Made by a program: the position numbers and the translations under genes | Shown: positions 14,143 to 28,100 of the stretch, piece by piece | Numbering within the stretch: the first letter of the stretch is position 1 | Layout: each line of letters opens with the position of its first letter | DNA from: Sminthopsis crassicaudata | Lineage: Eukaryota | Length of the DNA stretch: 64,000 nucleotides | Direction: 5' to 3' | Assembly (NCBI RefSeq): GCF_048593235.1 | Contig: NC_133620.1 | Span: forward strand, 200,882,852 to 200,946,851 | Notes under the pieces: generated by a model | What the model saw: only the letters and a program-made list of their open reading frames with translations | What the model was told of the DNA's origin: nothing | The model's database searches: none

Positions 14143-16156
14143 TTCTAGTACTATATTGAATAGTAATGGTGATAGTGGGAGACCATGTTTCACTCCTGAT
14201 CTTACAGGAAAAGGTCTAGTTTATAGCCATTACATAGGATGTTTACTGACGGTTTTAAATATATGCTCCTCATTATTTTAAGGAATAGTCCATTTATTCC
14301 TATACTCTCAAGCGTTTTTAGTAGGAATGGATGTTGGATTTTATCAAATGCTTTTTCTGCATCTATTGAGATGATCATATGGTTTTTATTAATTTGATTA
14401 TTAATATGGTCAATTATACTAATAGTTTTCCTAATATTAAACCGGCCCTGCATTCCTGGTATAAATCCCACTTGGTCATAGTGTATTATCCTGGGGATGA
14501 TTTTCTGAAGTCTTTTTGCTAATATCTTATTTAAGATTTTAGCATCAATATTCATTTATTGGTCTATAGTTTTCTTTCTCAGTTTTCAATCTACCTGGTT
14601 TAGGTATCAGTACCATGTCTGTGTCATAAAAGGAATTTGGTAGGACTCCTTCAATCCCTATTTTTTCAAATAGTTTATATAGCATTGGAGTTAGTTGTTC
14701 TTTAAATGTTTGGTAGAATTCACATGTAAATCCATCTGGTCCTGGGGATTTTTTCTTAGGGAGTTGGTTAATAGCTTGTTCTATTTCTTTTTCTGAAATG
14801 CTACTATTTAGACTACTTACTTCTTCCTCTGTTAATCTGGGCAAGCTATATTTTTGAAGGTATTCTTCCATTTCATTTAAGTTATCAAATTTATTGGCAT
14901 AAAGTTGAGCAAAGTAGCTCCTAACTATTGTTATAATTTCCTCTTCATTAGTGGTGAGTTGTCCCTTTTCATTTACAAGACTAACAATTTGCTTTTTCTC
15001 TTTCCTTTTTTTAATCAGGTTTACTAAGGGTTTGTCTATTTTGTTGGTTTTTTCATAGAACCAACTCTTAGTTTTATTAATTAATTCAATAGTTTTTTTT
15101 TTACTTTCAATTTTATTAATCTCACCTTTTATTTTTAGAATTTCAAGTTTCATGTTTGTGTGGGGGTTTTTAATTTGTTCCTTTTCTAGCAATTTTAGTT
15201 GTAAGCCCAATTTGTTGACCCTCTCTTTCTCTATTTTATGCAAGTAGGCCTCTAGAGATATAAAACTTCCCCTTATTACTGCTTTGGCTGTATCCCACAC
15301 ATTTTGGTATGATGTCTCATTATTGTCATTTTCTTGGGTGAAGTTATTAATTATGTCTATGATTTGCTGTTTTACTCAATCATTCTTTAGTGTAAGATTA
15401 TTTAGTTTCCAATTATTTTTTGGTCTATTTTCCCCTGGCTTTTTATTAAATGTAATTTTAATTGCATTGTGGTCTGAAAAGGATGCATCTACTATTTCTG
15501 CCTTACTGCATTTGATTTTGAGGTTTTTAATGTCCTAGTATATGATCAATTTTTGTATAGGTTCCATGAACTGCTGAGAAGAAAGTATACTCCTTTCTGT
15601 CTTCATTTAGTTTTCGCCAAAGCTCTATCATGTCAAACTTTTCTAGTATTCTTTTTACCTCTTTGACTTCTTTCTTATTTATTTTGTGGTTTGATTTATC
15701 TAATTCTGAGAGTGTAAGGTTGAGATCTCCCACTATTATAGTTTTGCTGTCTATTTCTTCTTGTAGCTCTCTTAATTTCTCTTTTAAGAATTTAGATGCT
15801 GCACCACTTGATGCTTATATGTTTAATATTGATAATGCTTCATTATCTATGCTATCCTTTAGCAGGATATAATGTCCTTCCTTATCTCTTTTAATTAGAT
15901 CAATTTTGTTTTTGCTTGATCTGAGATGAGGATGGCTACCCCTGCTTTTTTTGGCTTCCCCTGAAGCATAGTAGATTCTGCTCCACCCTTTTACTTTTAA
16001 TTTGAATGTATCACCCTGTTTCAGGTGTGTTTCCTGTAAACAACATATAGTAGGATTCTGACTTTTAATCCAGTCTGCTAACTGCTTCCTCTTTATGAGG
16101 GAGTTTACCCCAATCACATTTATGGTTAGAATGACTAATTCTATATTGCTTGCCAT
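13630..16156 (-). pseudogene. L1 ORF2 (endonuclease and reverse transcriptase), broken into at least 5 frames
   Basis: ORFs 15815-16156, 15527-15733, 14545-15300, 14202-14555 and 13702-14193 are collinear pieces of ORF2. Confidence 0.92.
14096..14137. repeat. (TA)n microsatellite inside L1 RT
   Basis: Directly visible; translates as YIYIYI in the ORF track. Confidence 0.95.
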
Positions 16157-16749
16157 CCTCTTAACCCATGCTTATGCTTTTCTCCTTTCCTTCCCTCTTA
16201 TCCCCCTACCCAGTATTAAACTTGTGAGCACCACTTGCTTTTCACAGCCCTGCCTTTTTAGTATCCCTCCCCCACCTTAAAGTTCCTCCCCCTATTTTAC
16301 CCCTTTTCCTCACAATTTCTGTATTCCCTTCCCCTTAGCTTACTCCTTTCCTCTCACTTTTCAATGAAGTGGAAGAAGTTTTACCATAAATCGAATATGT
16401 CTATTGATATACACTATGTTCATCCCCCTCCTTTCTTTCTCTCAGATATAATAGGTTACCTTTGCCTTTTCATGAGATGTAGTACCACCACTTTACCCTT
16501 TTTTTATGATATAATTTCCTTTCCACCTCTAGTTTCTAGGACAAATTATACTTGTGTTCTTTACATATCTTTATGGAAGAAACATAGTTTCTCAAGATTT
16601 CTTTTTTACCTTTTTAGAAATCTCTTGAATTCTGTATTTGAAGATCAAACATTTTGTGTAGGTCTGGTTTTTTCATCAAGAATAGATGGAATTCATTTAT
16701 TTTGTCCATCTTCTTCCCTGGAAAACGATGCTCATTTTTGCTGGGTAAG

Positions 16750-17800
16750 TTATTCTTGGCTGCATACCAAGTTCCTTAGCCTTTCAGAATATTTCCAGGC
16801 CCTTCGTTCTTTTAATGTGGACACTGCTAGATCCTGGGTTATCCTTATTGTGACTCCTCCATATCTCAATTGTTTTTTTCTAGCAGCTTCCAGTATTTTT
16901 TCCTTTGTCTGATGGTTCTTGAACTTGGCCAATATATTTCTTGGCGTTTTGATTTTAGGGTCCCTTTCAGTAGGTGATCGATGAATTTTTTCAATGTCTA
17001 TTTTCCCCTCTGTTTCCAAAATGTCTGGGCAGTTCTCTTTGATAATTTCCTCGAAAATAGTGTCCAGGATCTTTTTTTCCTCACATTTTTCAGGGAGTCT
17101 GATTATTCTCAAATTGTCTCTCCTGGATCTGTTTTCCAGGTCTGTTGTCTTTCCAATAAGGTACTTGACATTCTTTTCAATTGTTTCATTTTTCTGGTTT
17201 TGCTTGACTACTTCTTGGTTTCTCCTTGAGTCATTCATTTTTACTTGTTCGAGTCTAATTTTCAATGATGTATTTTCTTCACTCACTTTTTTATATCTTT
17301 TTGTAATTGTCCAATTGAGTTTTTAAGTGAGTTTTTTCTCCTATGGAATTTTTTTCCATTTCATCCATTTTATTTTTTAGAGAGCTGTTTTCTTTTTCCA
17401 GCTCACTAATTTTATTTCTCAATGATTTGATCTCTTTATCCACTCTGGATAACTTCTCCAGACTCTCTTGCCAAGCTTCCCTTTCCTTTTCCCATTTCTC
17501 TTCTAGCTCTGTTGTGAGAGCCTTTTTGATTTCCTCTATGAGATTCTTTTGTATTGAGGAGCAGCTCATATCCCCCTTAGGGGATTCCTCTGGAGACAAT
17601 CTGCTTTTAGTGTCCTCAGTGTTTGAAGTCTGCTCTCTCTCCACACAGAAGCTGTCAGTGGTTAGAGCCCTTTTAAATTTTTTGTTCATTTTGTCAAGAG
17701 CAGAATTGAAGAAAACAAATTGACAAGAGAAATAATTGGTCTGTTTTGGAGGGGGGATGGGGCTGGATGGTGTTACCAGGCTTCCCCTACAGACTGGGGG
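16750..17800 (-). pseudogene. L1 ORF1, frameshifted
   Basis: Coiled-coil region (17291-17851) and RRM/CTD-like region (16750-17286: DLENRSRRDNLRI...IHRSP...RITQDL). Confidence 0.9.
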
Positions 17801-19899
17801 AGACAGAAGCGAGGCACTAACAGGACAGTGATGGCTATGCTGTGTCTGCACTGTGAGGCTCTAAGAATGTGCTGAGTCACTCTGGGTGGTGGTGGGAGTG
17901 GCCAGTCCCGAGAGACGCTAGCTTTCTGGGGTTTTATTCTTCACCTCTGGTGTTTACACCTTCTCTGCTGATCTTGGCTTGCTGCCAAAATGGAATATCC
18001 ACACTGGAGTAAAAGTCTTTTCACAGAAATGGCAGAGATTATACCCCCCTCCCTCTGGTCTACAGTGTAAGCTGCCTGTCTCGCTCTCACTCCTGTCCTC
18101 AGCCTGCACCCAGTCTGTTTGTCCCCTCCCCCAAGCAAACACAGACCTTCTCTGGCGAATTTCAAGGATGTCGTCTGTTGGTGATTATTTGTGGGTTTCT
18201 TTTCCGGTCAAGCATTAACTCCGAGGCTTATCATGAAATAAGTCCTGAGAGAAAACATGAAGCTCAAGCAGCTGTCTGCCTCTACACCGCCATCTTGGCC
18301 GGAAGTCTGTTTTTTGTTTTCTTATTGTGTCCCCAGTGCTCACTCAATACAGTGTTTTGTAAAGAGTACATGTTTAAAGAATTTTGAGTAAAATTAAAAA
18401 TCAATAGCCTAGATTCTCATTTAAGAATCTTAGAATTGACAAATAGAAATAGAGATATTTATTAGTCAATTTGCAATGGAAACAATTAAGAAGAATTTTC
18501 ATATTATTGTAAACAATAATATTGTTTAAACAGTATTACCTTAGGAAGGGAGATAGATTAAACTTGAAGGATTTTATGTTAATTCCCTTACCAGAGAATT
18601 GATTTAGGTACCCAAGGAGTTTGCCTCTAGCTAGGACTCCACCTAGAGACTCTCTAATGTGACTTGGAACAAATGAATTTATCTCTCTGGGCCTCAGTTT
18701 GCTCATCTATAAAACATGGCAATTGAATTAAATTATGTTTAAAGTCTTTTCCAAGACAAATGTTCTATGATTCTTAGTCAAAGAAAAAAGTTTGGAGCAA
18801 TAAAAGCAATAAGATGTATTGGAATTCTCAGTATATCCAATTTGCCCCCTTTCTGGGCACATTACAATGTTTTGTGACACATACTTAATAGTACAATTTG
18901 TGTCCTTTTATCATTATTTGGATCTCATTTCCAAAATCCTATGGAATTTTGAAGCTCCCGTGCTTCAACTTGTAATAAATATTACATTTTTTTTTCAGTA
19001 GAATTCTTCCAAGTGATTAATTGGAATGAATTCAGGAACTCTAATAGGTACATTGGAGACTCGTGTTTTCTAGAGTGTTAGTGCCAGAAGCAGTTACTTA
19101 TGAGAAAAGTTAATGTGTGTACCTGCCTCATTTCCCATATTGCAGTTTGTTTATTCCACTAATCTCTCCTATTTCCCAAAGCAGTCTCTGAATGCTTTCA
19201 GTATGAAAATATTTATAGTCCTATAAAATGTGACTTGAAATTGGAAACCTAAGTGAAAATTGGAAATAAATTTTGCTTGTCTCTTTAGAAATTCAGTAAA
19301 TTGATGTTTGGAAGATTCAAGAAAACCAAATCATGGAACTATATTTATATTCACAATCTCAGGCCCATCTCTGACATATATTGACTTCATGACATTGGGC
19401 AAATCACTTAAACCTCTCAATAGTCTAGATACATTTCTAAGATTATAAATTAAATATTGGTTAAGGGTATTTCCTCACTGGGAATTCCCTTCACCACTGA
19501 AATCACAGATTCAATTCAATCTCTGTTCATATTCACAGTAGGAGAAATGTTCTAAATTTATGGCAGCTTTAGGGACAACTATTCATAGACTAAATGTTTC
19601 TAAAAATTATATATATATATGTATAATATACATATATATATGTATATATATATATATTTAATCAACAAAAATCTTTCTTCTTATCTTCCCTAGCCCTACT
19701 TGTCAATAAATAATTATTATATGCATTATGCTATGATAAATAAAATATTTAAAGTTAAATAGCACATGGTTCTTATCTTCAAGATTCTTAGTCTACTAGA
19801 ATATTTATACAGAAGAGGTAAGTAACCTGCAGATAAGTATAACACAATTTAAAATATGACAAGCTCACAGGAAGAATACTATTGCAATTGCTCTTTCAG

Positions 19900-21400
19900 G
19901 TTACTAATGACTTTCTGGTCAAATCCAATGGTGCTTTTTTTAGTTCCTAACTTCTTTGACTTAGCAATGCATAGAATTTGGACCACATGTACCAATATAC
20001 TCAGCAACACTTGGCTCATACTCTACATATACCTTTAATCCTTTGGATTTTGACTCTGTGGATCAGCTTTTCCTACTGAATACCACATCCCCATCACCCT
20101 GGCATTAGAGACATGACACTCTTCTAATTCTTCTCTTACATCTTTAACCAATCATTTTGCCTCCTTTACTTTTTCCTAATTTTATTCCTAACCTCTTTAA
20201 TGTGACTGTTCTTCAAGGTTCTCTCATTTACTATTTTCTGTTCTTTTCTTTCTGTTTCCTTCTGTCCCTTTCCATAGCTTCATCTATTACTTCCATGTAG
20301 ATGGTGCTTAAATTTATATCTCTAGTCCTGACCTTCCTTCTAAATTTCAGGCCTACATTTTCAACTGCTATAAGTGAATTATGTAAAAGAAATTTAGAAT
20401 CCATGAATGTCAATATCTTTACTTTATTGATGAAGAAACTAGCATCCATAGAAATAAAGTGATTAGTTTATAGTCATGCAGCAAAGTAAGTAAAAAAGTC
20501 AGGACTCAGTTTAAAATATTACTCTATCATTCAATCTTAAAATATACTCCCTGAATGTCCTACAAGAGCCCCAAATTCAATGTGTGCAGAACTGAAATCA
20601 TTATTTTTCCTTCAAATCTACTTTGTCTTCTGTTCATTATCTCTATCTGTGATATATCATTTTTATGTCATATTTACAAACATAGCTATTCTTTTATCTC
20701 TTTATCTCACTCACTATATTAGATCCATTTGATTCCATATATGAAAGATATCCCACTCTTTTCCCTTCTCTCTAGGGTAGAATGTGGGGGGAAGCTAATG
20801 AAATATTCAATTTACGATGGCTATGGGACATAACAGCTTAAAATATACAATAGTTGGAGATGCAATATAGAGGTCAGTAGAAAGGTAGATAAATGTATTG
20901 GTGAATCATTTGTAAAGAACTAAAGCCGAGTATATGGGAACTGATAAAATTACTAAATAAATGTATAGAAAAAGGAGAATAGTGTCCAAGGCAGAGCTTG
21001 GGGATATTTACTGGAAATGGGCTCCACCTGGATGTAGATTCAGAAATGGTAGTCAGGTAGAAGGGGAAAAAGTGAGTAGATGGTGTCAAAAGATTATCAG
21101 CAGTGTCAAATGCTGCTGAAAGGTCAAGAAAGAAGACAAATTAAAGTCAATTAGATTAGGCAATTAAAAAATCATTGTTATCTTTGGAGAGAACAGTTTG
21201 AACTGAATGATAAGGTCAGAAGCCAGACTGCATGCAGTTAAGAATAAAATGAGAGGGGGAAAAGTGAATGCATCAATTATAGAAAACCTTTTCAAGAATT
21301 TTAGCCCACAGAAAGGATACAAAAAAGATACAAAATGACATCTATCAATGATGAAAGGATCAGGTGTGAGGTTTGTTTGTTTTTTGGAAGATATGGAGAA
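19900..21400. mobile_element. Cluster of degraded L2 fragments in both orientations
   Basis: L2-like motifs (tagtcctgaccttccttctaaatttcaggcctac; cagtgtcaaatgctgctgaaaggtcaag). Confidence 0.5.
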
Positions 21401-21409
21401 GTTTAAAAA

Positions 21410-23211
21410 GCAAAATTGGCTCACTGGGAAAGGGATTACAAAAGCTCATTAAGAAAAATAATCCCTTAAAAATTAGAATTGAGCAATGGAAGCTAATGAT
21501 TTTATGAGAAATCAAGATACAATAAAACAAAATCATAAAAAGGAAAAAAATTGAAATATCTCATTAGAAAAACAACTGACCTGGAAAAATAAGTCAGGGA
21601 AGAATAATTTTAAAATTATTGGTCTCCCTGAAAGTCATGATCAAAAAAAAGAGCCTGGGCATTGTTTTTCAAGAAATTTTCAACTTTTCAAAAAACATTA
21701 TCCTGATATTCTAGAACCAGAGGGTAAAATAGAAATTGAAAAAAAATCCACCAATCACGTCCTGAAAGATCCCAAAATGAAAACTCCCAGAAATATTAAT
21801 GACCAAATTCTGGAACTTTCAGATCAAGGAGAAAATATTGCAAACATCATGAAAGAAACAATTCAAGTGTAGTGGAGCCACAATCAGGATAACTCTAGAT
21901 TTGGCAGCTTCTACATTAAAGGACTTGAGGGCTTGGAATATGATATTCTGGAGAGCAATGGAGCTAGGACATCAGCCAAGAATTACCTACCCAGCAAAAC
22001 TGAGTAACATCCTTTAGGGGGAAAAGTGGATATTCAATGAAATAGATGATTTTCAAGATGAAAAAAAGGAGAAGCATAAGGAGGTAATCAGGAAAGTGAT
22101 ATAAGGGACTTTATAAGACTTTGTCTGTTTACTTTCCTACATGGGAGGATGATACTTGTAATACATTAGAACTTTCTCATTATTGTGGCAGCTTAAAAGA
22201 GTATATATAGACAGAGGGCACATATTTGAGTTGAATAAGAAGGGATAATACCTAAAAAGGATTAACTTAAGAGGTAAGAAAGGAACATACTGGGAGAAAG
22301 GAAAAGGGAGAAGTGGAATGGTGTAAACTATCTGCCATAAAAAAGAGACAATAAAAAGTTTTTACAGTGGAGTGGAAGAGGAGGAGAAGTGAATAAACTT
22401 AAAGCTCATCAGAATTGGCTCAAAGAGGAAATACTATACACACTTAACAGGGGTATAGAAATCTATCTTACCCTGTAGGAAAATAGGGGGCGAATGAATG
22501 GGATACTGGAAGGGGGAGAATGATAAAAGAGAAGGCATACTAGGGGAGAGAATGATCAGCAGCAAAACACTTTTGAGGACAGGCAAGGTAAAAAGAGAGA
22601 GAAAATAGAATAAATGGGGGGGATATAGTTAGCAATAATAATTGTAAAAATGATTTTGAAGCAATTATCTCTCTCAAACATAGAGGGAACTGAGTCAAAA
22701 TTTATTTTAAAAAATTAGAAGCCATGGCTCAATAGGTAAATAATCAAAAGATATGATATATGCCCCAAAGGCATGCATATCCTTTGACCTAACAATACCA
22801 CTACTAGAAATGAATACTAAAAGAGATTTTTAATAAAGGAAAAAGATCTATATGTATCAAAATATTTGTAGCAGCTCTCTTCTCAGGGGCAAAAAAATGG
22901 AAATTGAGAGGATGCCCATCAATTGGGGAATGGCTGAATAAATTGTGATATGTGATTGCCATGAAATATTATTGTTCTATGGGAAATGATGATCAGAATA
23001 CTCTAAAAAAACCAAACAAACAAACTTGGAAAATCCTCCATGAACTTAAGTAAAATAAAATGTACTATAAACAAAATAAGAACAATGTTCTGGGATTACC
23101 ACTTACAAATGACTTTGCCATTCTTGGCAGGGTCATAATAAATGACTACTCTGAAGAATTTATGATGAAAAATCCTATCCATATTAGAAAAGAAACTGAT
23201 TGTGTCTGTAT
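21410..23211 (+). mobile_element. Degraded L1 (ORF1 remnant, spacer, then ORF2 3' end) with a large internal deletion
   Basis: aaaacaactgacctggaaaat...aattattggtctccctgaaag is ORF1-like; ggatgcccatcaattggggaatggctgaataaattg is the ORF2 end. Confidence 0.75.
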
Positions 23212-23358
23212 NNNNNNNNNNNNNNNNNNNNNNNNNNNNNNNNNNNNNNNNNNNNNNNNNNNNNNNNNNNNNNNNNNNNNNNNNNNNNNNNNNNNNNNNN
23301 NNNNNNNNNNNNNNNNNNNNNNNNNNNNNNNNNNNNNNNNNNNNNNNNNNNNNNNNNN
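23212..23358. other. Assembly gap (147 N)
   Basis: Run of n. Confidence 1.
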
Positions 23359-23899
23359 ACTTAGTGTTCAGTGGTAGCTTCTCTTAGAGAATGTCTTCTT
23401 CAAAAACAATTGAGCTATTCAAGCTTCCTACACTTCTTAGAATGTAGAATATTTCTTTTAAATTTGAAACATTTAAAAAATATTTCAGTATCTGTTTTTG
23501 CTCCTTTATAATTCTTAAAATCCATATAGGGCATACCCTTATACTATCTTCCTAGATTTTTATCTAGGAACTTTGTGATAGGACTAATATCTAACTACTC
23601 TCAGCATGGAATAGGATTAGGCCTCTTCTCCTGCACTCAGGCATTAGTTTCCTTAAAAGAAGAAAATACATTTCCTAGAAACTTATTGGCTCCAGTTTCC
23701 AAGTTGAAACTGTAAGTCACTTAAAGTTAGTAGATATACCAGAGCTGACTTATTTCAGCTCAAAAAAGCAGATTATTAAATTTTCAGGAATTTTGGAAAC
23801 TGGTTGTTTTAACATAGTCCATAAACAAGTTCATTGAGTGCCTGCACTGATAGTTATTTGTTGCTTTATAGTGTTGACAATACAGTGAATTTTTTATAC

Positions 23900-25150
23900 A
23901 TTATTGTCAACTTTAAATGTTAGGGTTTTAATAATGAATATTTAAAATTGAGCTTAACTGCATTGTTTTCATTAATGGTGTTAATATAATACTGAGAAGA
24001 AATACTAGAGGACCTATAAAGTTCTTAAAAAGTCTTCCTGAGATCAACATTTGGCATTAATTTAAATCATTGATCATGATTTCACTTAGCAATTCAATAT
24101 TTTAAATAAAACAAGTTAATAATTTCTGGATGAAATTATTCTATTTATTATCAATCTAATAAAAACCAAATTGAGCTAGAAACAGTAAGTTATGAATTTG
24201 AAATTGAAATTATTAAAATTGGTTGAGGGCTAGTACTGAGATGGGTAGCATGTAGTTTATGAGCTGCTATTGCTGAATGACATACGTATCCTGCATTACA
24301 TATGCATTATTCTTGTTCTCATTCTGGTTTGGCAAAGGGATTAGCTAACATTAATTTCTTGCAAGACATTGCTCTAATGATTGACACTTTCAAAGAATTT
24401 TCATTACTTTCATTTGCACTGAAGTCCAGATCAACTAACATTCAGAAAGTGTGAAAATTAATCAAATGCACAATAAGAGCTTTGGAAAATTTAAAGATTG
24501 ATAAAGATTGGAAAGCATGACTCAAGTAGAAGATTTGATTAACTCAGATAAGTTTAAAGACATTCCATTTAATAAAAAATAATATGCTCTTTCTAGGAAT
24601 ATGTTCATAGAAAATATAATTCAACACATGAAATTATATCTTTTATTAGACAGGAACAATGATGAAAGTATTTTGAATTATTTTGATTTATTAGAACCAT
24701 CTCCTTGGTCTTATAAAGAACTAACTTTACTGTGAATACCTAGAAGATATTATAAATTACATTTTAAAACATAAAATTAAAGGGAATGATTTTCAGGACA
24801 ATACTGAATAATCAAAAAAATATTACAAATCCTGGTATTGCACAAAAAGTTAAAAAAATGTCAGCATTGCAATCAGCAGTGCTGATACTGAAAAAGGTCT
24901 CAGTTTAACGAATATAATTTGTATGACTGAAAAATGGCATAACAGTAGATCACAGATCATATTTAATAACAAATATATTTTTAAAAGTCTGTATACTGAT
25001 ATGAAACTCCATTTAGTTATGTTGTTTATGTATATTGGTTATGTATATAAATTGGTTATGCATATGAAACTCCTACAAAAATCAATAAAATCAATTATCT
25101 TTATGAAGTTCACAATAAAGAATATTATATACTTTATTATTATTTGTAAA
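23900..25150 (+). mobile_element. Fossil hAT DNA transposon (Tip100/Zaphod-like), transposase remnant
   Basis: 24866-24946 translates IAISSADTEKGLSLTNIIC, resembling the hAT C-terminal dimerisation motif (S-A-x-x-ERGFS-x-MN-x-I). Boundaries are approximate. Confidence 0.6.
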
Positions 25151-28100
25151 TAGTGCTTTACATATTCTTTATATCAACAAAGTTTATCATAATTTACATA
25201 TACATATATATCTTTTTGAGAACCAAATATTAAATATTTGACAATACACAAGTGCCTAAGCCCATTAAAAGTCCCAACCACATGGAGCTTAGGATTTTCA
25301 GATATGGTGAGTGCTTGTGACCAAACAAATCAGCTTACCCTAATGATTTGATGACTTAGACCCATTTCTGTGAAGAGGGGAGAAAAAACTAGCAAAACTG
25401 AAGATAAATGCTTGCTTATCCGGTTTCATGTCCTGCTATGGAAAAATAAATATTTTTTCTAATCCTTAATGACTTAAGAATGACTTATTTCATCCCTAAA
25501 TCAAATCTCTACTGAGAGAGCTTCCAACAGCTGTTTAATAGATATTTCTACCTTGATTTTTTCATGTCTTCATATTTCTGAGCATGGCCCTTTACCCATT
25601 ATAACATTATTCACCTTTTCATAATCATAAGTTCATTGAACTCAAGATGGGATATTTAAAATTTAAAGAACATTTAATGTACCTCTTTAGTCGACAGATT
25701 GAGAAACTGAGTCACAGAAAAGTTAAGAAACTTTCTTAAGTTTCTAAGGGAACTTAGGTCACCCATTTAATTGATTTTAGGAGTAGGATTTTGTGAATAT
25801 GTCTAAAGTATATTTTAAAAATTTGTTCATTATTAGCTTTTGTAATGAAAAGTCCCTAATTAGTTTTACTAGAGAAAAAAGTTATCTCATTTTGGTCATA
25901 TGGAGTATATGCATATTTTATTGTTCATTTTGGTCATTACCTAAGGTACTTTTAAAATAAAATACTATTCATGTAAATATAATTAGAATGATTTTAATAA
26001 GAATTCCAGGAGGTTTTGCCATGTTATTGCTAAAAGCTATCTTGAAATGATCTTTAGCAAGTCATAAAGACAATGAAACTCCCTGTTCTCAAACAGCCAC
26101 TTACTTGTTCAAAGGTCTAATGAGTCTCAGTTTAATTGTCAGGTAGTGATGATAGGAAATGGGAAAGCTGCAGCAGCTTTCATGATGACAAGAACATGTC
26201 TGAGAGCTAATTTTAGTTTGGTCTCCTTGCTGAAAGGCATGAGAAAGATCTTTGTGGAGAATTAAATAAAACTTTGGGATGCAAAGGAAGGCTCATGATG
26301 ACTAAGAACTTCATGGTAATTAATGTAGCAAAGGCTTTCATCATTTCAGAAGTTATATATATTGGCATACATGCTTCCCAGAAGAACCACTTAAAGAGAA
26401 AAGATTAATGATTAAAAGAGGGTATTCCACAGAACGTAGGACAGAGGCTCTGATTAACTTAGATTTCAGCAGCAGAAGTCTCATATAAGAACCTTTACAT
26501 GTCTAAATTCAGCCCTATAATTCCTGAGAAGAGGAAATACCATCACTTAAATGAATTAGTAAAGCAAGCATTTTAGCTGTAATTTTTCAAAGTAAATTTC
26601 CATTGGGGATCTCATGCCTCCATTTCAGGAGAATATTAGTAGTATTGGTGCTTTGCTTAGATATTGAGTATGTGATATTTTTTATGACACCATTTGAGAC
26701 TTAGGGAGAATGTCCATATGGATTATAAGATATCAGAACTGAAATGGCTATCAGAGGTCATATAGTTCAACCTTTACCTGACCAAGAACCCCTTCTAGAA
26801 GGGAAAAAAAAAGTTTCACAGAATCATATATTCAGTGTTATGAGGGAACCATGTAATCTTACTTATATTTGACCAAGTATATTATTTTCCCCCAAAATGG
26901 TCATAAGACCATAGGTGCAAAAGTCCTCAGAGTCTAATCTATACCATAGAAGTAAATAAACTTCTCTATAGCTGCATATTAACTTTTACATGTCAACCAC
27001 CAACATATAAATATCTCTACATATCAGGCAAATTGAAGGAAGGCAGCATTGTATAGTAGAAAAAGTTCTGGTTTTGGAGTCAGAAAATGTAGAACTATGA
27101 CCAAGTGACTTCGTTTTTCTAAGCCTCAATGCCCTCATCTGTAAAATGATGGGGTTGGACTAGTTTCTAAGTCCTACTTCTAAACCTATGTATGACAAGT
27201 GTATATCTAGCTTTTAAAGGTCTAAAGTGAGATAGAGCCCAATGAGAACCAGTGTTCTTGTATGTACCATTTATTTTAATAAAATCTCTTATCTGTATAA
27301 AACTTGACAACTTTCAAATTCCTTTAATAGACTTTATCTCATTTGGTTGCCACAACAACTTCCCTCTTTTTTTCTATCTGATAGAGGTTAAAGGAATTGA
27401 GATATAAATACATGGAAGGTTAGTTAATATTTATCTGAAAAAAGACAATCAAACTCTGAAAAGTCTAGTGGTACTTCATCCAAAGAAAATGGGCAGGGAT
27501 TTTAGATTATGTGTGGGAGGTGAAGAGACAAACTTGAAAAACTGTGTGGCATTTAAAGAAAAATGGAAGAACCCTTAGGGTGATCTGACTGAGATTTAGA
27601 AGTCCTGAGTTAAGAATCCATTTTTATGAAAATACATTGTCAAAAGCAAGGAATCATTATGGCTGTACCTGACTGCTTATTGTTGTAGTAATAATAATTA
27701 ACAGTTAACTGCTTCAAAGTTTGCAAAGGATTTTACGTATATTTGTTGAGCCCTGCACTAATCCTCTGGGGTCAGTGCTATAGGTTTTATTAAAATCTTT
27801 TTAGAGAAGAGGAATTTGATCATTCTCGTATAGCTAGTAAATGTCTGTAGTGGTTTGAACCAGATCATCCTTATTATCTCATACTGCAGTGGAAGAGAAA
27901 GATTCCAAAAGAAGTGAAAGGTAAAAGACCTTGAAAGGATATATTTATCGGAGTAGAATCTTAGCCAAACAATCAAATTAGAAGAAGGAAACAAGCATTT
28001 ATCAAACTCTTGCCATGTGATGGGAACAATAAATGGTAGCAAAAATCAGATAAGGATCTTTCTGGTTGGTGGCTGCTCTTGTTGAATTTCCTTTCATATT

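Larger units (their letters stand above)
13630..18307 (-). mobile_element. L1 LINE, 5'-intact (5'UTR, ORF1, long spacer, ORF2 EN/RT), 3'-truncated and frameshifted
   Basis: 5' end gacttccggccaagatggcgg (YY1-type motif); ORF1 peptides (NRSRRDNLRI); ORF2 endonuclease (CCLQETHL) and RT ([14 protein letters not shown]) peptides in the ORF track. Confidence 0.95.

Noticed and set aside
23060-23387. ORFs spanning X residues
   Set aside because: Artefacts of translating through the N gap.
27871-27935. Possible micro-exon near 27890-27925 (cag|tggaagag...gaaag|gtaaaa)
   Set aside because: Splice-like dinucleotides alone are insufficient and there is no supporting frame or homology.
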